Source of the DNA: Limisphaerales bacterium
GTDB lineage: Bacteria > Verrucomicrobiota > Verrucomicrobiia > Limisphaerales > SXTU01
NCBI GenBank assembly: GCA_009773355.1
Contig: WRPG01000021.1
Span: 2,394 to 66,393, forward strand
DNA length: 64,000 nt
Reading direction: 5' to 3'
A program made the position numbers and the translations under genes. The notes under the pieces are model-generated. The model did not search any database and was not told the DNA's origin. It saw nothing but the letters and a program-made list of their open reading frames with translations. This document shows, one piece after another, positions 8,640-17,263 of the stretch (within the stretch, counting starts at the first letter, position 1; every line of letters begins with the position of its first letter).

Positions 8640-11600
8640 TCACTTCGCCTCCGCCTTCTTCGTCGGCAGCAGCATCTCAATCGCCTTGTCGAGCTGCGGG
8701 TCGCGCTGGGTGAGCCAGTCCTCGGGAGTGAGCCAGAGGCGCACGTCGGGCTGCTCGCCCTGGTTCTCCATGTTCGTGCCGTCCATGCGGAAGACGCCGC
8801 CCTGCGGCATCCGCGCGCCGGTGCCGTCGGTCAGGCGCATGGACCACGTCCAGATGACGTAGCCGGGCGTGGGCATGCCGACGATTTTGGCGATGCCACG
8901 CTGGCGCATGGCGTAGGGGAACATCTCGCCGTTGGAGTAGCTGTGCTCGTTCATCAGCACGATGACGGGCTTCTCCCACGAGCGGTTCGGCGCGGCCTCG
9001 GGGCCTTCGTCGCGCGGGCGATACCAGCCGTGCTGCTTGCGCTCGAGCCAGTCAATGAGCGTGTCCGAGATGTTGCCGCCGCGGTTGAAGCGCACGTCAA
9101 TGATCATGCCCTGCTTGCCGCTCATGTATTCGTAGGCCTCGCGCTCGAAGCGCTGCTGGTTCTCGCCGCCCATCGCGCTGATGTGCAGGTAGCCCAGCTT
9201 GCCGCCGGTCTGCTTCTCCACGTAGTTGCGCAGGCGCTCGGTGCGGTTTTGGTAGTTGAGCGCGTCCCACTCAGCGGCGGTGAGGACTTTGTATTTCACC
9301 TTTCGCGCGCCGTCCTTCTTCGGCTCCTTGTTGACGAGGAACTCGAACTCGCGGTCCTGCCGGTCATTGATGAGCTGGTAGAGCTTCTCGTTGAGCGAAA
9401 CGTCCTTCCCGTTGATGGCCAACACATAATCGCCTGGCTTGATTTCGGTCTGCTTGTAGGAACCCGGCGCGCCAATCGGCACCTCGGCCACACGGATGCC
9501 CGGCCCGGTGTGCTTGTAGTCGAAGGTGAACCCCAGGTGCGGCGTAACCGGCTCCGGCGTGCTGCCGGCGGCGGGGGAAACCTCGCTGTGCGACGCCTCC
9601 AGTTCGCCAATCATCATGCCCAGCACGGTGGAGAAGTCGTCGTTCGTCTCGACCGCTTCAAGCAGCGGCTCGTAGCGCTTGCGGATGCCCTCCCAGTCGC
9701 GGCCGTGGAAGTTCGGGTCGTAGAAGTTGTGGTGGTAGCTGCGCCAGAACTGCGTGAAGGCCGCCTTGCGCTCGGCCTTCACATCGCGGTCGAAGTCGGC
9801 GCTGAACGTGACCTTCTCAGGCCCCTTCGAGTCACCGAGCTTGAACTTCCATGCCTCCGCGTTCTGCACATAGAGCGCGGCCTTGCTGTCCGGCAGCACA
9901 CGCAGGCCGCCCTTCCCGCCGCCAGTGGTCTGGCGCTTCGTCTCCTTGCCGTCGTAGCTCACCGTCCACACGTCGCCCTCGGACATGAAGGCAATCGTGC
10001 CGTCCGCCGTGACGAGCAAATCCGCCTGCGGGTTCTGCGACGACAGCTTGCGGATGCGCCGGTGGATGTCCGTGAAATCAATCTCCACCTTCACCTTGTC
10101 CTTGGGCTTCTCGAACTTCAGGTCCGTGTCGGTCGTGCGCGCGCTTTCCGGCTGGAGCGGCAGGACGTAGAGGCCGTTGCCGTCGCGGTCGCTCTGGAAG
10201 AAGATGTATCTGCCGTCCGGCGACCACGTCGGCTGCGTGTGCTGCGCGTTGAGTCGGGTCACGTTCTTCGGCTCGCCGCCCGCCGCCGGCACAATCCAGA
10301 TGTTCCAGCTCCGCGTCTCGCCCTTGCGGGTGTAGGCAATCCACTGCATGTCCGGCGACCACGCGAAGTCCCCGCCGCCCGACGTGCGCCAGTGCGTGCC
10401 GGGCACATGGACGACGCGCTTGGTCGCACCGTCCGCCAGCGCGAGCGTGAAGAGGCCGCCGTCCTTGCCCGCGACCCAGAACGCGAGGTGCTTGCCGTCC
10501 GGGCAGAGCGACAGGCGCGTGATTTCCTCCGGGCGCTGCCAGAGCGATTTCACGGCGAGCGTGGCCAGGTCCATCTCGTAGATGCGCGTGTTGAACTCGC
10601 GGTCGCTGGTGAAATAGAGCTTCTTGCCGTCGCGCGCCCAGATGAAATCCGAGTCGTCGCCGACCCACTCCGTCAGCCGCCGCGCGAACTCCTCGCTCCG
10701 GCCCGCGACGCCCTTGGCCTTCTCCATCGCCACCGTCCAGATGTCGCCGCGCAGGCCAAACGCCAGCGTCTTGCCGTCCGGCGACATCTCGGCCTCGGTC
10801 ACGCCGCTGTTCAGCTTCTCACGCCGCCGCGTGGTCTGCTTCTCGTCCGCGCTTACCACGAGTTTGATTTTCGCCGGCGTCTTGGAGCCGCTCTTGAGCA
10901 GGTAGAGGTCGGGGCCATACTCGAACGCGATGTCGCCGGCCTTGCCCGCGACGCTCGGCCAGCGCACTGCGCCGCCGGTGAACTGCGTGAGCGCCTTGCC
11001 CTTCCCGTCGAGGTCGTAGAGCCAGAGGTTCGGCGTGCGCGCGGGCGAGTCGGCCACCTTGGGAATCGGGTCGTTGAGCTTGCTCGCGGAGGGCGTGACC
11101 TCGCCGACGGTGACGGTGAGCAGGCGCTTGCCGTCCGGCAGGAACTGCGTCCAGAGATGCTGGCGTTCGTCGTTGGTGATGGGCTTGCGGCGGCCGTCGG
11201 CGACGTTGAGCGTCCAGATTTGCGCCGCCGCCGCGCCGGTGTAGCGCGGGCGCGTCCAGTGAAAGCCATAGCGGCCATACACGACGGATTTCCCGTCCGG
11301 CGCGAAGCTGGGGAAGTTCATCGCCGCGTAATCCTCGCAGAGCCGCTCGGTGGCGAGCGTCTTCAGGTCCACGGCGAAGAGCGCGAAGTTCGGCGTGTCG
11401 CGCTTGCTGGCGAAGAGGAGCTGCTTGCCGTCGGGACTCCAGCCGCCGGTCAGTTCCGCGCCGCTGTGCCAGGTGATTTGCTGCGCCGGTCCGCCGTCCG
11501 CCGGCACCACGAACAAGTCCCAGCCGCCGTTGCGCCGGCTGGCGAAGGCGACCCACTGGCCGTCCGGCGAAAAGACCGGATACGCATCCGACTCGACATG

Positions 11601-11813
11601 CGAGGTCAGCGCCGTCGCGCGCCCGCCCTCGCTCGGCGCGACCCAGACATCGCCGCGATAGACGAAGGCGAGGCGTTTGCCGTTGGGACTCAGCGCCGGC
11701 TGCCGCGCACCGATGACCGGCTGCGGCGTGGGCGGCGTGAGCTGGGCGGAGGCGGAGACGGCGGCGGCGAGCAGCGCGGTGAAGGCGCAGGCGGACGAGG
11801 CGCGAATTTTCAT
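8640..11813 (-). CDS. Tricorn-protease-like S41 peptidase with TolB-type beta-propellers and a PDZ domain
   Basis: Signal peptide MKIRASSACAFTALLAAAVSASA. Repeated SPDGK/SPNGK propeller motifs. PDZ-like GDYVLAINGKDV. C-terminal S41 core GMIIDVRFNRGGN...NEHSYSNGEMF. 1057 aa, the typical tricorn-homologue size. Confidence 0.85.
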   Translation of the reverse strand: MKIRASSACAFTALLAAAVSASAQLTPPTPQPVIGARQPALSPNGKRLAFVYRGDVWVAPSEGGRATALTSHVESDAYPVFSPDGQWVAFASRRNGGWDLFVVPADGGPAQQITWHSGAELTGGWSPDGKQLLFASKRDTPNFALFAVDLKTLATERLCEDYAAMNFPSFAPDGKSVVYGRYGFHWTRPRYTGAAAAQIWTLNVADGRRKPITNDERQHLWTQFLPDGKRLLTVTVGEVTPSASKLNDPIPKVADSPARTPNLWLYDLDGKGKALTQFTGGAVRWPSVAGKAGDIAFEYGPDLYLLKSGSKTPAKIKLVVSADEKQTTRRREKLNSGVTEAEMSPDGKTLAFGLRGDIWTVAMEKAKGVAGRSEEFARRLTEWVGDDSDFIWARDGKKLYFTSDREFNTRIYEMDLATLAVKSLWQRPEEITRLSLCPDGKHLAFWVAGKDGGLFTLALADGATKRVVHVPGTHWRTSGGGDFAWSPDMQWIAYTRKGETRSWNIWIVPAAGGEPKNVTRLNAQHTQPTWSPDGRYIFFQSDRDGNGLYVLPLQPESARTTDTDLKFEKPKDKVKVEIDFTDIHRRIRKLSSQNPQADLLVTADGTIAFMSEGDVWTVSYDGKETKRQTTGGGKGGLRVLPDSKAALYVQNAEAWKFKLGDSKGPEKVTFSADFDRDVKAERKAAFTQFWRSYHHNFYDPNFHGRDWEGIRKRYEPLLEAVETNDDFSTVLGMMIGELEASHSEVSPAAGSTPEPVTPHLGFTFDYKHTGPGIRVAEVPIGAPGSYKQTEIKPGDYVLAINGKDVSLNEKLYQLINDRQDREFEFLVNKEPKKDGARKVKYKVLTAAEWDALNYQNRTERLRNYVEKQTGGKLGYLHISAMGGENQQRFEREAYEYMSGKQGMIIDVRFNRGGNISDTLIDWLERKQHGWYRPRDEGPEAAPNRSWEKPVIVLMNEHSYSNGEMFPYAMRQRGIAKIVGMPTPGYVIWTWSMRLTDGTGARMPQGGVFRMDGTNMENQGEQPDVRLWLTPEDWLTQRDPQLDKAIEMLLPTKKAEAK

Positions 11814-11898
11814 GGGCAGCAGCAGATACGGCAGACATTAACCGGACGGCAGGGCGGGGGAAAGCTTCATGGTAGGGACGGACTGGAAGGGTGGACTG

Positions 11899-11939
11899 GC
11901 CTCGGGTGGCACCCGCCAGAGGCGGGTGCCACCCGAGGC
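11899..11939 (-). terminator. Perfect 19-bp stem, 3-nt loop hairpin downstream of the HupE-like gene; no U-tract
   Basis: gcctcgggtggcacccgcc aga ggcgggtgccacccgaggc, 19 nt after the TAA at 11958-11960. Lacks a T-run on either strand, so intrinsic-terminator function is uncertain. Confidence 0.35.
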
Positions 11940-11957
11940 ATTCGACACCGCCACGCT

Positions 11958-13292
11958 TTACGACGCCAGCAGGCGCTCCACCGTCCAGACCACGCCCGCC
12001 AGCGCGATGAGCACGCACGCAGGCCGGCGCACCCACGGACCATACCACGCGCGGTTCTCGCACCACTTCGTCGCGGCGAACGCGAGGGCGATGACGGCGA
12101 ACTGGCCAAGTTCGACACCCACGTTGAAGCAGAGCAGCGCCGTGCCGAGTTGCTCGCGGGGCAAGCCCACTTCACTGAGAACGCCCGCGAAGCCCATGCC
12201 GTGAATCATGCCGAAGCCGAACACCGCCGCCCAGCGCCACGGCGAGACTTCCGTGCGGAACAGGTTCTCAATCGCCACGACCGCGATGGACAGCGCGATG
12301 AGCGGTTCCACCACGCGTCCCGGCAGCGCGAAGATGCCCAGCACGGCGAGCGCGAGCGTGATGGAGTGCGCGAGCGTGAACGCCGTCACCTGCCACAGCA
12401 GCGGCTTGAGCTTCGGGCTGAGGAGGAAGAGGCCGAGGACGAACAGGATGTGGTCGAGGCCCTTGGGCAGGATGTGCGTGAAGCCGAGTTCGATGAACTG
12501 CCACGCCGTGTTCCCACGCACGGGCGCAGGAGTTGTCCCGCTTTTCCCCGGCGGACCGGCCGCAGCATCCGCGCCGCGCGTGTCCTCCTGAAACGCGTCG
12601 AGGTCTATCACCATCGCCTGCCGCGACTGCACGAGTTGCAGGACAGGTGGGACGCCTTGGCCGCGATGAAACAGCACTTCAAACAGCGCGGCGAAACCGA
12701 CGGTGTTGTAGAGCGAGAGGGACAGTTCCAGTTCCTTCGCCGTCGCTGGGATGTCCCAGCGCAGCGTGAGCGGCAACGGCGCGGGAATCACTTCGCCGGG
12801 CCGTTCCTCGCGGGTCAAAGTGAGCTGCGCGGGTGGCCAATTCGAGAGCACGCCGCGCACGGGCGCGTTGGTGTCGAGCGCGAATCGGACGCGCGTCTGG
12901 ACGTAGTCCGCGATGCGCGGCGCGAGCGTTCGCACCTCGGCCTCGGTCATCAGCACGACGGCGTCGTTCGTCCTCGCGTTGAGGAACTGAAGCAGGTCCG
13001 GCTGGTTGAGCTGGAAGGTGAGCGTGAGGGAATTCGTCGTGAGCTGCGCGTCCACGCGCGTGAGCGAGGCGGTGTGAGCGGAGGCGGAGGCCGAAAGAAT
13101 CGAAAAGAGCAGCAAGGCGAACAGCCTGTGCAGCCACCGGTCGGCCGATTTTTTGACTCCCTCTCCCTTTGCGAAGCAAGGGGAGAGGGCCGGGGTGAGG
13201 GGTTGGCTCCTTCGGCGCAAGAGGCCGCTCCCCTCATCCGGCCTTCGGCCACCTTCTCCCCTCGCTCCGCGAAGGGAGAAGGCTCGGATCAT
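11958..13292 (-). CDS. HupE/UreJ-family membrane protein (N-terminal periplasmic domain + HupE_UreJ_2 TM domain); start codon uncertain
   Basis: GFTHILPKGLDHILFVLGLFLL, FGFGMIHGMGFAGVL and CFNVGVELGQ match HupE/UreJ signatures. Likely signal sequence LHRLFALLLFSILSASASA has no ATG/GTG directly upstream. The nearest ATG (13292) lies inside the repeat cluster. Confidence 0.7.
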   Translation of the reverse strand: MIRAFSLRGARGEGGRRPDEGSGLLRRRSQPLTPALSPCFAKGEGVKKSADRWLHRLFALLLFSILSASASAHTASLTRVDAQLTTNSLTLTFQLNQPDLLQFLNARTNDAVVLMTEAEVRTLAPRIADYVQTRVRFALDTNAPVRGVLSNWPPAQLTLTREERPGEVIPAPLPLTLRWDIPATAKELELSLSLYNTVGFAALFEVLFHRGQGVPPVLQLVQSRQAMVIDLDAFQEDTRGADAAAGPPGKSGTTPAPVRGNTAWQFIELGFTHILPKGLDHILFVLGLFLLSPKLKPLLWQVTAFTLAHSITLALAVLGIFALPGRVVEPLIALSIAVVAIENLFRTEVSPWRWAAVFGFGMIHGMGFAGVLSEVGLPREQLGTALLCFNVGVELGQFAVIALAFAATKWCENRAWYGPWVRRPACVLIALAGVVWTVERLLAS

Positions 13293-13455
13293 TGCGCTGC
13301 CTGGACATCTGATGCGTTCTCCCTCACCCCGTCCCTCTCCCGCTGGGAGAGGGAGGATTACAGCCCGCTGCGGCGACAGGTCAGTGCGCTGCGTGAAGAC
13401 GAATGCGCTCGTGGCTGTTCCCTCTCCCGGCGGGAGAGGGTCAGGGTGAGGGGGA
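13159..13455. repeat. Cluster of four GGGAGAGGG-type hairpin repeats (REP-like)
   Basis: ccctctccctttgcgaagcaaggggagaggg+ccggggtgagggg (13159-13203); ccttctcccctcgctccgcgaagggagaagg (13252-13282); ccctcaccccgtccctctcccgctgggagaggga (13321-13354, opposite orientation); tccctctcccggcgggagagggtcagggtgaggggg (13419-13455). Confidence 0.8.
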
Positions 13456-13465
13456 AAGGCCGCGC

Positions 13466-13993
13466 TCATTCGGCTTCAGTTCGCCGAATTGTCTGGAGCG
13501 AATGCTTGGACGCAATGTCCAGAGACTTTTGGAACTGCGTCCGGTCGGACGTAAGCATCCAAACGAAATCCTCGTGCGAGGTTTGGAAGCAATGGCCCCG
13601 GAATGGTTGGGGATAGAAGTAGCCGTCCCAACCATAGTTCATCAACAGAGCCAGGAATCCCGTCAACACGTCCACCTCGTCGGCGAGGAACAAGTGTCCA
13701 CGAGCATCAATCAGGTGCCGGGTTTCTCCACTGGCCCGACGGATCGCTGAGAGAATCGCCATTTCCTCGGGCTTGTAGAATGGCCAATCATCCACCCAGC
13801 ACAGGAGCGACTCGTATGGCCCAAACCACTCCACCATCTCCCGGGCCAGAATCGATTGCATCCGGGCACGTTGCGGAGCGTGAACCATCAACTCGTATTC
13901 GCCGAAGAGATACGGGCTTTCGCCCGGCTTTAGGTCGATGATATTCCGGTCTCGCAGCCAGCCTGAACACTCTTCACCCGTGAAACAGCGCAT
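13466..13993 (-). CDS. Hypothetical protein (orphan, lower GC than its surroundings)
   Basis: 175-aa ORF with protein-like composition (MRCFTGEECSGWLRDRNIIDLKPGESPYLFGEYELMV...). Visibly AT-richer than flanks. 24 nt downstream of the 1028-aa gene on the same strand. Confidence 0.6.
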   Translation of the reverse strand: MRCFTGEECSGWLRDRNIIDLKPGESPYLFGEYELMVHAPQRARMQSILAREMVEWFGPYESLLCWVDDWPFYKPEEMAILSAIRRASGETRHLIDARGHLFLADEVDVLTGFLALLMNYGWDGYFYPQPFRGHCFQTSHEDFVWMLTSDRTQFQKSLDIASKHSLQTIRRTEAE

Positions 13994-14017
13994 CGGCCAA
14001 AGGTGTTCAGTCCATGC

Positions 14018-17000
14018 TCACTTCTTCCGGCTGCGGGCGGCGGAGTCGGAGAGGTTCTTGAGGTATTGCTCGACGAGCGGGCTGTATTCCTCGGGGGCGC
14101 GCTCGGTCTGGCTTTGGAGAATCGCGTTGCGGTCGCGGGCGGGCAGGCCGAGGAAGCCGCTCGCGCCCTTGGCCTGACGCGTCGGGCCGTCCGCGCCGCC
14201 TTCGCCGTTCCAGTTGCCCTGCTTGCCGTCGCCCTGGCCTTCCTTGCTGTTGGCCTGCGGGGTGTTCTGGCCGGGGCCTTGCGCCTGGCCCTTGCCCTGT
14301 TGCTGGCTCTGGCCCTGTCCCTTCTGTCCCTGACCCTGCTGCGCCATCTGCTGGCCGACGCCTTCCTGCGCGAGCGCGAGCGCGGCGGCGGCCTGCGCGA
14401 GCGCGGCCTGCGCGGCCTCGGCGTTGGCTTGCGCGGGCTGGGCCTTGCCGGCCTGCGCCTGCGCGGCGGCCTGCGTGAGCGCCTGCAACGCCTTGTCCAA
14501 GGACATCTGCGCCTGCTGCGGGAGCGGACCGGCCTCACCGGCGGCGATTGGGGCAATGTTCTGCGCGGCGGAGTCGAGCGGCTGCGCGGCCTGCTGCGCG
14601 GCCTGCGACGCGGCGAGCATCTCGGTGAGCGCCTTCACGTCGGCCTGCTGCTTGGCGAGCTGCGCGGGAGAAGGCGTCGGCTTCGCGGCCTGCGGTGAAC
14701 CTTCCGGCTTGCCCTCACCGGGCTGACCTTCGCCGGGTTTGCCCTCGCCCGGTTTTCCTTCTCCGGGCTTGCCTTCACCGGGTTTCGCATCGGCCGGCTT
14801 CGCGTCAGCGGGAGCGCCGTCGGGTTTCTCGCCAGCCGGTTTGCCTTCGGACTGCGCGGCTTCCTGCAAGCCCTTCTGCGCCTTCGCCATCTCACCGACA
14901 GCGGCCTTCAAATCATTCTTGCCGAGCTGCTCGGCGGCTTTCTCAGCAGCCTGCTTCGCTTCGGCGAGCGGCTTGGACTGCGGCTTGGCCTTCGCCTGCT
15001 CGCCGGCGGCGACGGCGATTTCCTGCTGCTTCTGCTTGAGCATCTCCTGCAAGCCGGCGGGCTGGTCGAGCTTCGCGAGCGCCTGATTCACCTGCTGCTG
15101 CGCGGCGGCGACGGCCTCGGAAGCCTTCGCGAGCTGCGGCGTGTTGTTGGGCGGCGGCTGGCCGAGTTCTTTGGCAAGCTCCTGCTTCTTCTGGTCCACG
15201 GCGTTCTTGGCGGCTTGAAGATTCGCCATCGCCTGCGCCTGGTCGGGCCGGGCTTTCGCGGCGTCGGGCTTGTCCAAGTTCGCCTTCGCGGCCTGCATGT
15301 TTTCCTTCGCGGCGTTCAGGTTGCTCGCGGCCTCGGGTGCGACTTCAGCGGCGTCGGCTTTGGCGGCGTCGGTCTGCTTGGCGAGGTCGCCTTGGTCCTT
15401 CGAAGTCTGCGGGGCGGCCTTGTTCTCCGGCTTCTCGGCGGCCTTGGCGGTGTCCATAGAAACCTTCTGCTGCTCCTGCATGATTTTGCCGATTTCCTTG
15501 CCGAGCTTGTCGAGCTTCGCGAGGTCTTCCTTGGCCTTCTCGAGCTTGGCGATTTGCGCGTCGAGCTGCTGCGCGGCCTTGTCGAGCGCGTCCTTCGCGG
15601 CCTGCTGGGCCATCGGCGCGTTGGCCTTGTTCTCCAACGCCTGCTGGGACTTCTCCTGCTGGCGCACGGCCTCGCCGAGGGTCTTGGCGGCGTCCGGCGC
15701 GTTCGCGGCGGCGTCCTGCTGGGTCTGCTGCGTCTCGGCCTTAACGGACTCCTGCTTCGCGGCCTGCTCGGCAAGCTTTTCCGGCTTCTTCTCGGCGGCG
15801 GCGGCTTTCTCGGCTGTCGCAGCGTTCTCCTTCACCTGCTCCTGCTTGGCGGCGAGTTCCTCGACCTTCTTCTTCAATTCCTTCAAATCGGCGAGCTTGT
15901 CCTTGGGCTTCTGCTGCTGGGCCTCGGCCTTCGCGATGAGCTGCTCAAGGGTCTTCTTCGCGTCCTCCATCTTGTTGAGCGCCTGCGCCTGCTTCTCGGT
16001 GGGAGCTGAATCCTTCGAGGTGCGGCGTTGGGCCTGTTCCTGCATCAACGCGCGGGCCTCCTGCTGCTTCTCAACGGCGGCCTTGAGTTCTTCGGCGGCC
16101 TTCGGTGCGGCCTTCTCCACGTCCTCGCGGATGCCGTCGGTCTTGTCCACGACCTCGGCCTGCTTCTTCTCGGCCTCGGTGGCGTCGTCCTTGTTCTTCG
16201 CGGCCTGCTTGGTCTCCTCGATGGCGGCCTTCTGCTCGGGAATGGTCTTCTCCAAATCCCGCAGCGCCTGCTTCATCACTTCGAGGTTGTCGCGCGCGGG
16301 GAGCAGGAGCTTCGCGAGGTCCGACAACACGTCGCGGGCGCGCTTCTCGTTGCCGGCGGCGGAAAGGAGATTCGAGGACTTCAAGTCGCCCGTCGCGGAG
16401 TCCAGCGTCGCGGTCAGGCGCGTGTCCTCGGCCTTCGTCAGCGCCGTGCGGGGACGCTCGGCGGCGGGGCCGTCCATCGAGGCGACGACCTTCGCCAGCT
16501 TCGCGAGGACGATTTTCGCCTCGTCGCCGATGGTGCTCTGCTCGGTCTCCTGCAACTGCAGCGCCACCATGTGCGCCGTCTCGCTGCGGCGGGCGTCGCG
16601 GCCCTTGGTGAGCGTGGCGAGGCCGACGACTTCCTTGAGGTTGTCACCCTGGCGGCGGGCCAGAGCGTTGAAGCGCGCGGCGATTTCCTGCAAGGCCTGC
16701 TGGCGCTGGTATTCGAGCAGCAACGCGCGGAGCTGCACCGTCACCGTCTTCTGGCCGGCGAAGGCGTCGAGCGCGTTGCGGCGGCCGGCGTCGGCGTCCG
16801 TGGTGGTGCGGGTCTGCTGGAGCAGCGTGACGACGCGGGCGATTTCCTTGTCGGTCAGCTTGTCGAGCACGCCGCGGATGGCCTTGAGCACGACCACGTC
16901 GTCGCCTTCGAGGCCGTTGCGCTCGTATTCCTCGATGACCGCGCCGAGCTGCACGCCGACGCGGCTGGTGGTGGCCTTGATTTGCTCCTGCCGCAACTCC

Positions 17001-17104
17001 TGCTGGAGCAGCTTGTCGCCGGCTTTGGCGAGGTCGGCGCGGGCGGGGGTGGTGAACAGGGCGACGGCGGCGACCGCCAGCGCGAGGAAGGATTTGCAGT
17101 TCAT
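14018..17104 (-). CDS. Secreted 1028-aa low-complexity coiled-coil protein (Ala/Lys/Gln/Glu-rich) with a (K/Q)PGEG repeat
   Basis: Signal peptide MNCKSFLALAVAAVALFTTPARA. More ordinary N-terminal ~250 aa. Long AKQE-rich helical region. C-terminus GFLGLPARDRNAILQSQTERAPEEYSPLVEQYLKNLS resembles tails of large PVC/DUF4175-like proteins (tentative). Confidence 0.7.
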   Translation of the reverse strand: MNCKSFLALAVAAVALFTTPARADLAKAGDKLLQQELRQEQIKATTSRVGVQLGAVIEEYERNGLEGDDVVVLKAIRGVLDKLTDKEIARVVTLLQQTRTTTDADAGRRNALDAFAGQKTVTVQLRALLLEYQRQQALQEIAARFNALARRQGDNLKEVVGLATLTKGRDARRSETAHMVALQLQETEQSTIGDEAKIVLAKLAKVVASMDGPAAERPRTALTKAEDTRLTATLDSATGDLKSSNLLSAAGNEKRARDVLSDLAKLLLPARDNLEVMKQALRDLEKTIPEQKAAIEETKQAAKNKDDATEAEKKQAEVVDKTDGIREDVEKAAPKAAEELKAAVEKQQEARALMQEQAQRRTSKDSAPTEKQAQALNKMEDAKKTLEQLIAKAEAQQQKPKDKLADLKELKKKVEELAAKQEQVKENAATAEKAAAAEKKPEKLAEQAAKQESVKAETQQTQQDAAANAPDAAKTLGEAVRQQEKSQQALENKANAPMAQQAAKDALDKAAQQLDAQIAKLEKAKEDLAKLDKLGKEIGKIMQEQQKVSMDTAKAAEKPENKAAPQTSKDQGDLAKQTDAAKADAAEVAPEAASNLNAAKENMQAAKANLDKPDAAKARPDQAQAMANLQAAKNAVDQKKQELAKELGQPPPNNTPQLAKASEAVAAAQQQVNQALAKLDQPAGLQEMLKQKQQEIAVAAGEQAKAKPQSKPLAEAKQAAEKAAEQLGKNDLKAAVGEMAKAQKGLQEAAQSEGKPAGEKPDGAPADAKPADAKPGEGKPGEGKPGEGKPGEGQPGEGKPEGSPQAAKPTPSPAQLAKQQADVKALTEMLAASQAAQQAAQPLDSAAQNIAPIAAGEAGPLPQQAQMSLDKALQALTQAAAQAQAGKAQPAQANAEAAQAALAQAAAALALAQEGVGQQMAQQGQGQKGQGQSQQQGKGQAQGPGQNTPQANSKEGQGDGKQGNWNGEGGADGPTRQAKGASGFLGLPARDRNAILQSQTERAPEEYSPLVEQYLKNLSDSAARSRKK
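14708..14812. repeat. Seven tandem 15-nt units inside the coiled-coil gene
   Basis: cttgccctcaccggg / ctgaccttcgccggg / tttgccctcgcccgg / ttttccttctccggg / cttgccttcaccggg / tttcgcatcggccgg / cttcgcgtcagcggg. Encodes PADAKPADAKPGEGKPGEGKPGEGKPGEGQPGEGK on the minus strand. Confidence 0.9.
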
Positions 17105-17263
17105 GGTTGGAACCCGTTCCGCGCCCGGCGGCTACAGCCACCCGGCGGGGACGGCGACACGGTAAGCAGACGCCGCCGGGAGGCAATGGGATTCAAGTTG
17201 TTGCGTGGGACGGTTGCGATAGGCACAATGCCGACTTGGACACCAATTGACATCCTACAAACC

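Noticed and set aside
13159-13455. Possible CRISPR array, suggested by repeated hairpins at roughly 80-100 nt spacing.
   Set aside because: The repeats are in mixed orientation, differ in sequence and spacing, and match the REP-type GGGAGAGGG hairpin style. No cas genes are present in the window.
15270-17165. Plus-strand ORFs (15215..16009, 15270..17165, and the 5' part of 16028..17815) opposite the 1028-aa gene.
   Set aside because: Their translations are S/A/C/F- or L/G/R-rich low complexity with no signal or domain. The minus-strand frame has a signal peptide, an ordinary N-terminal domain and a distinctive C-terminal tail. Only the last ~550-630 nt of 16028..17815 (AT-richer, protein-like) was kept.
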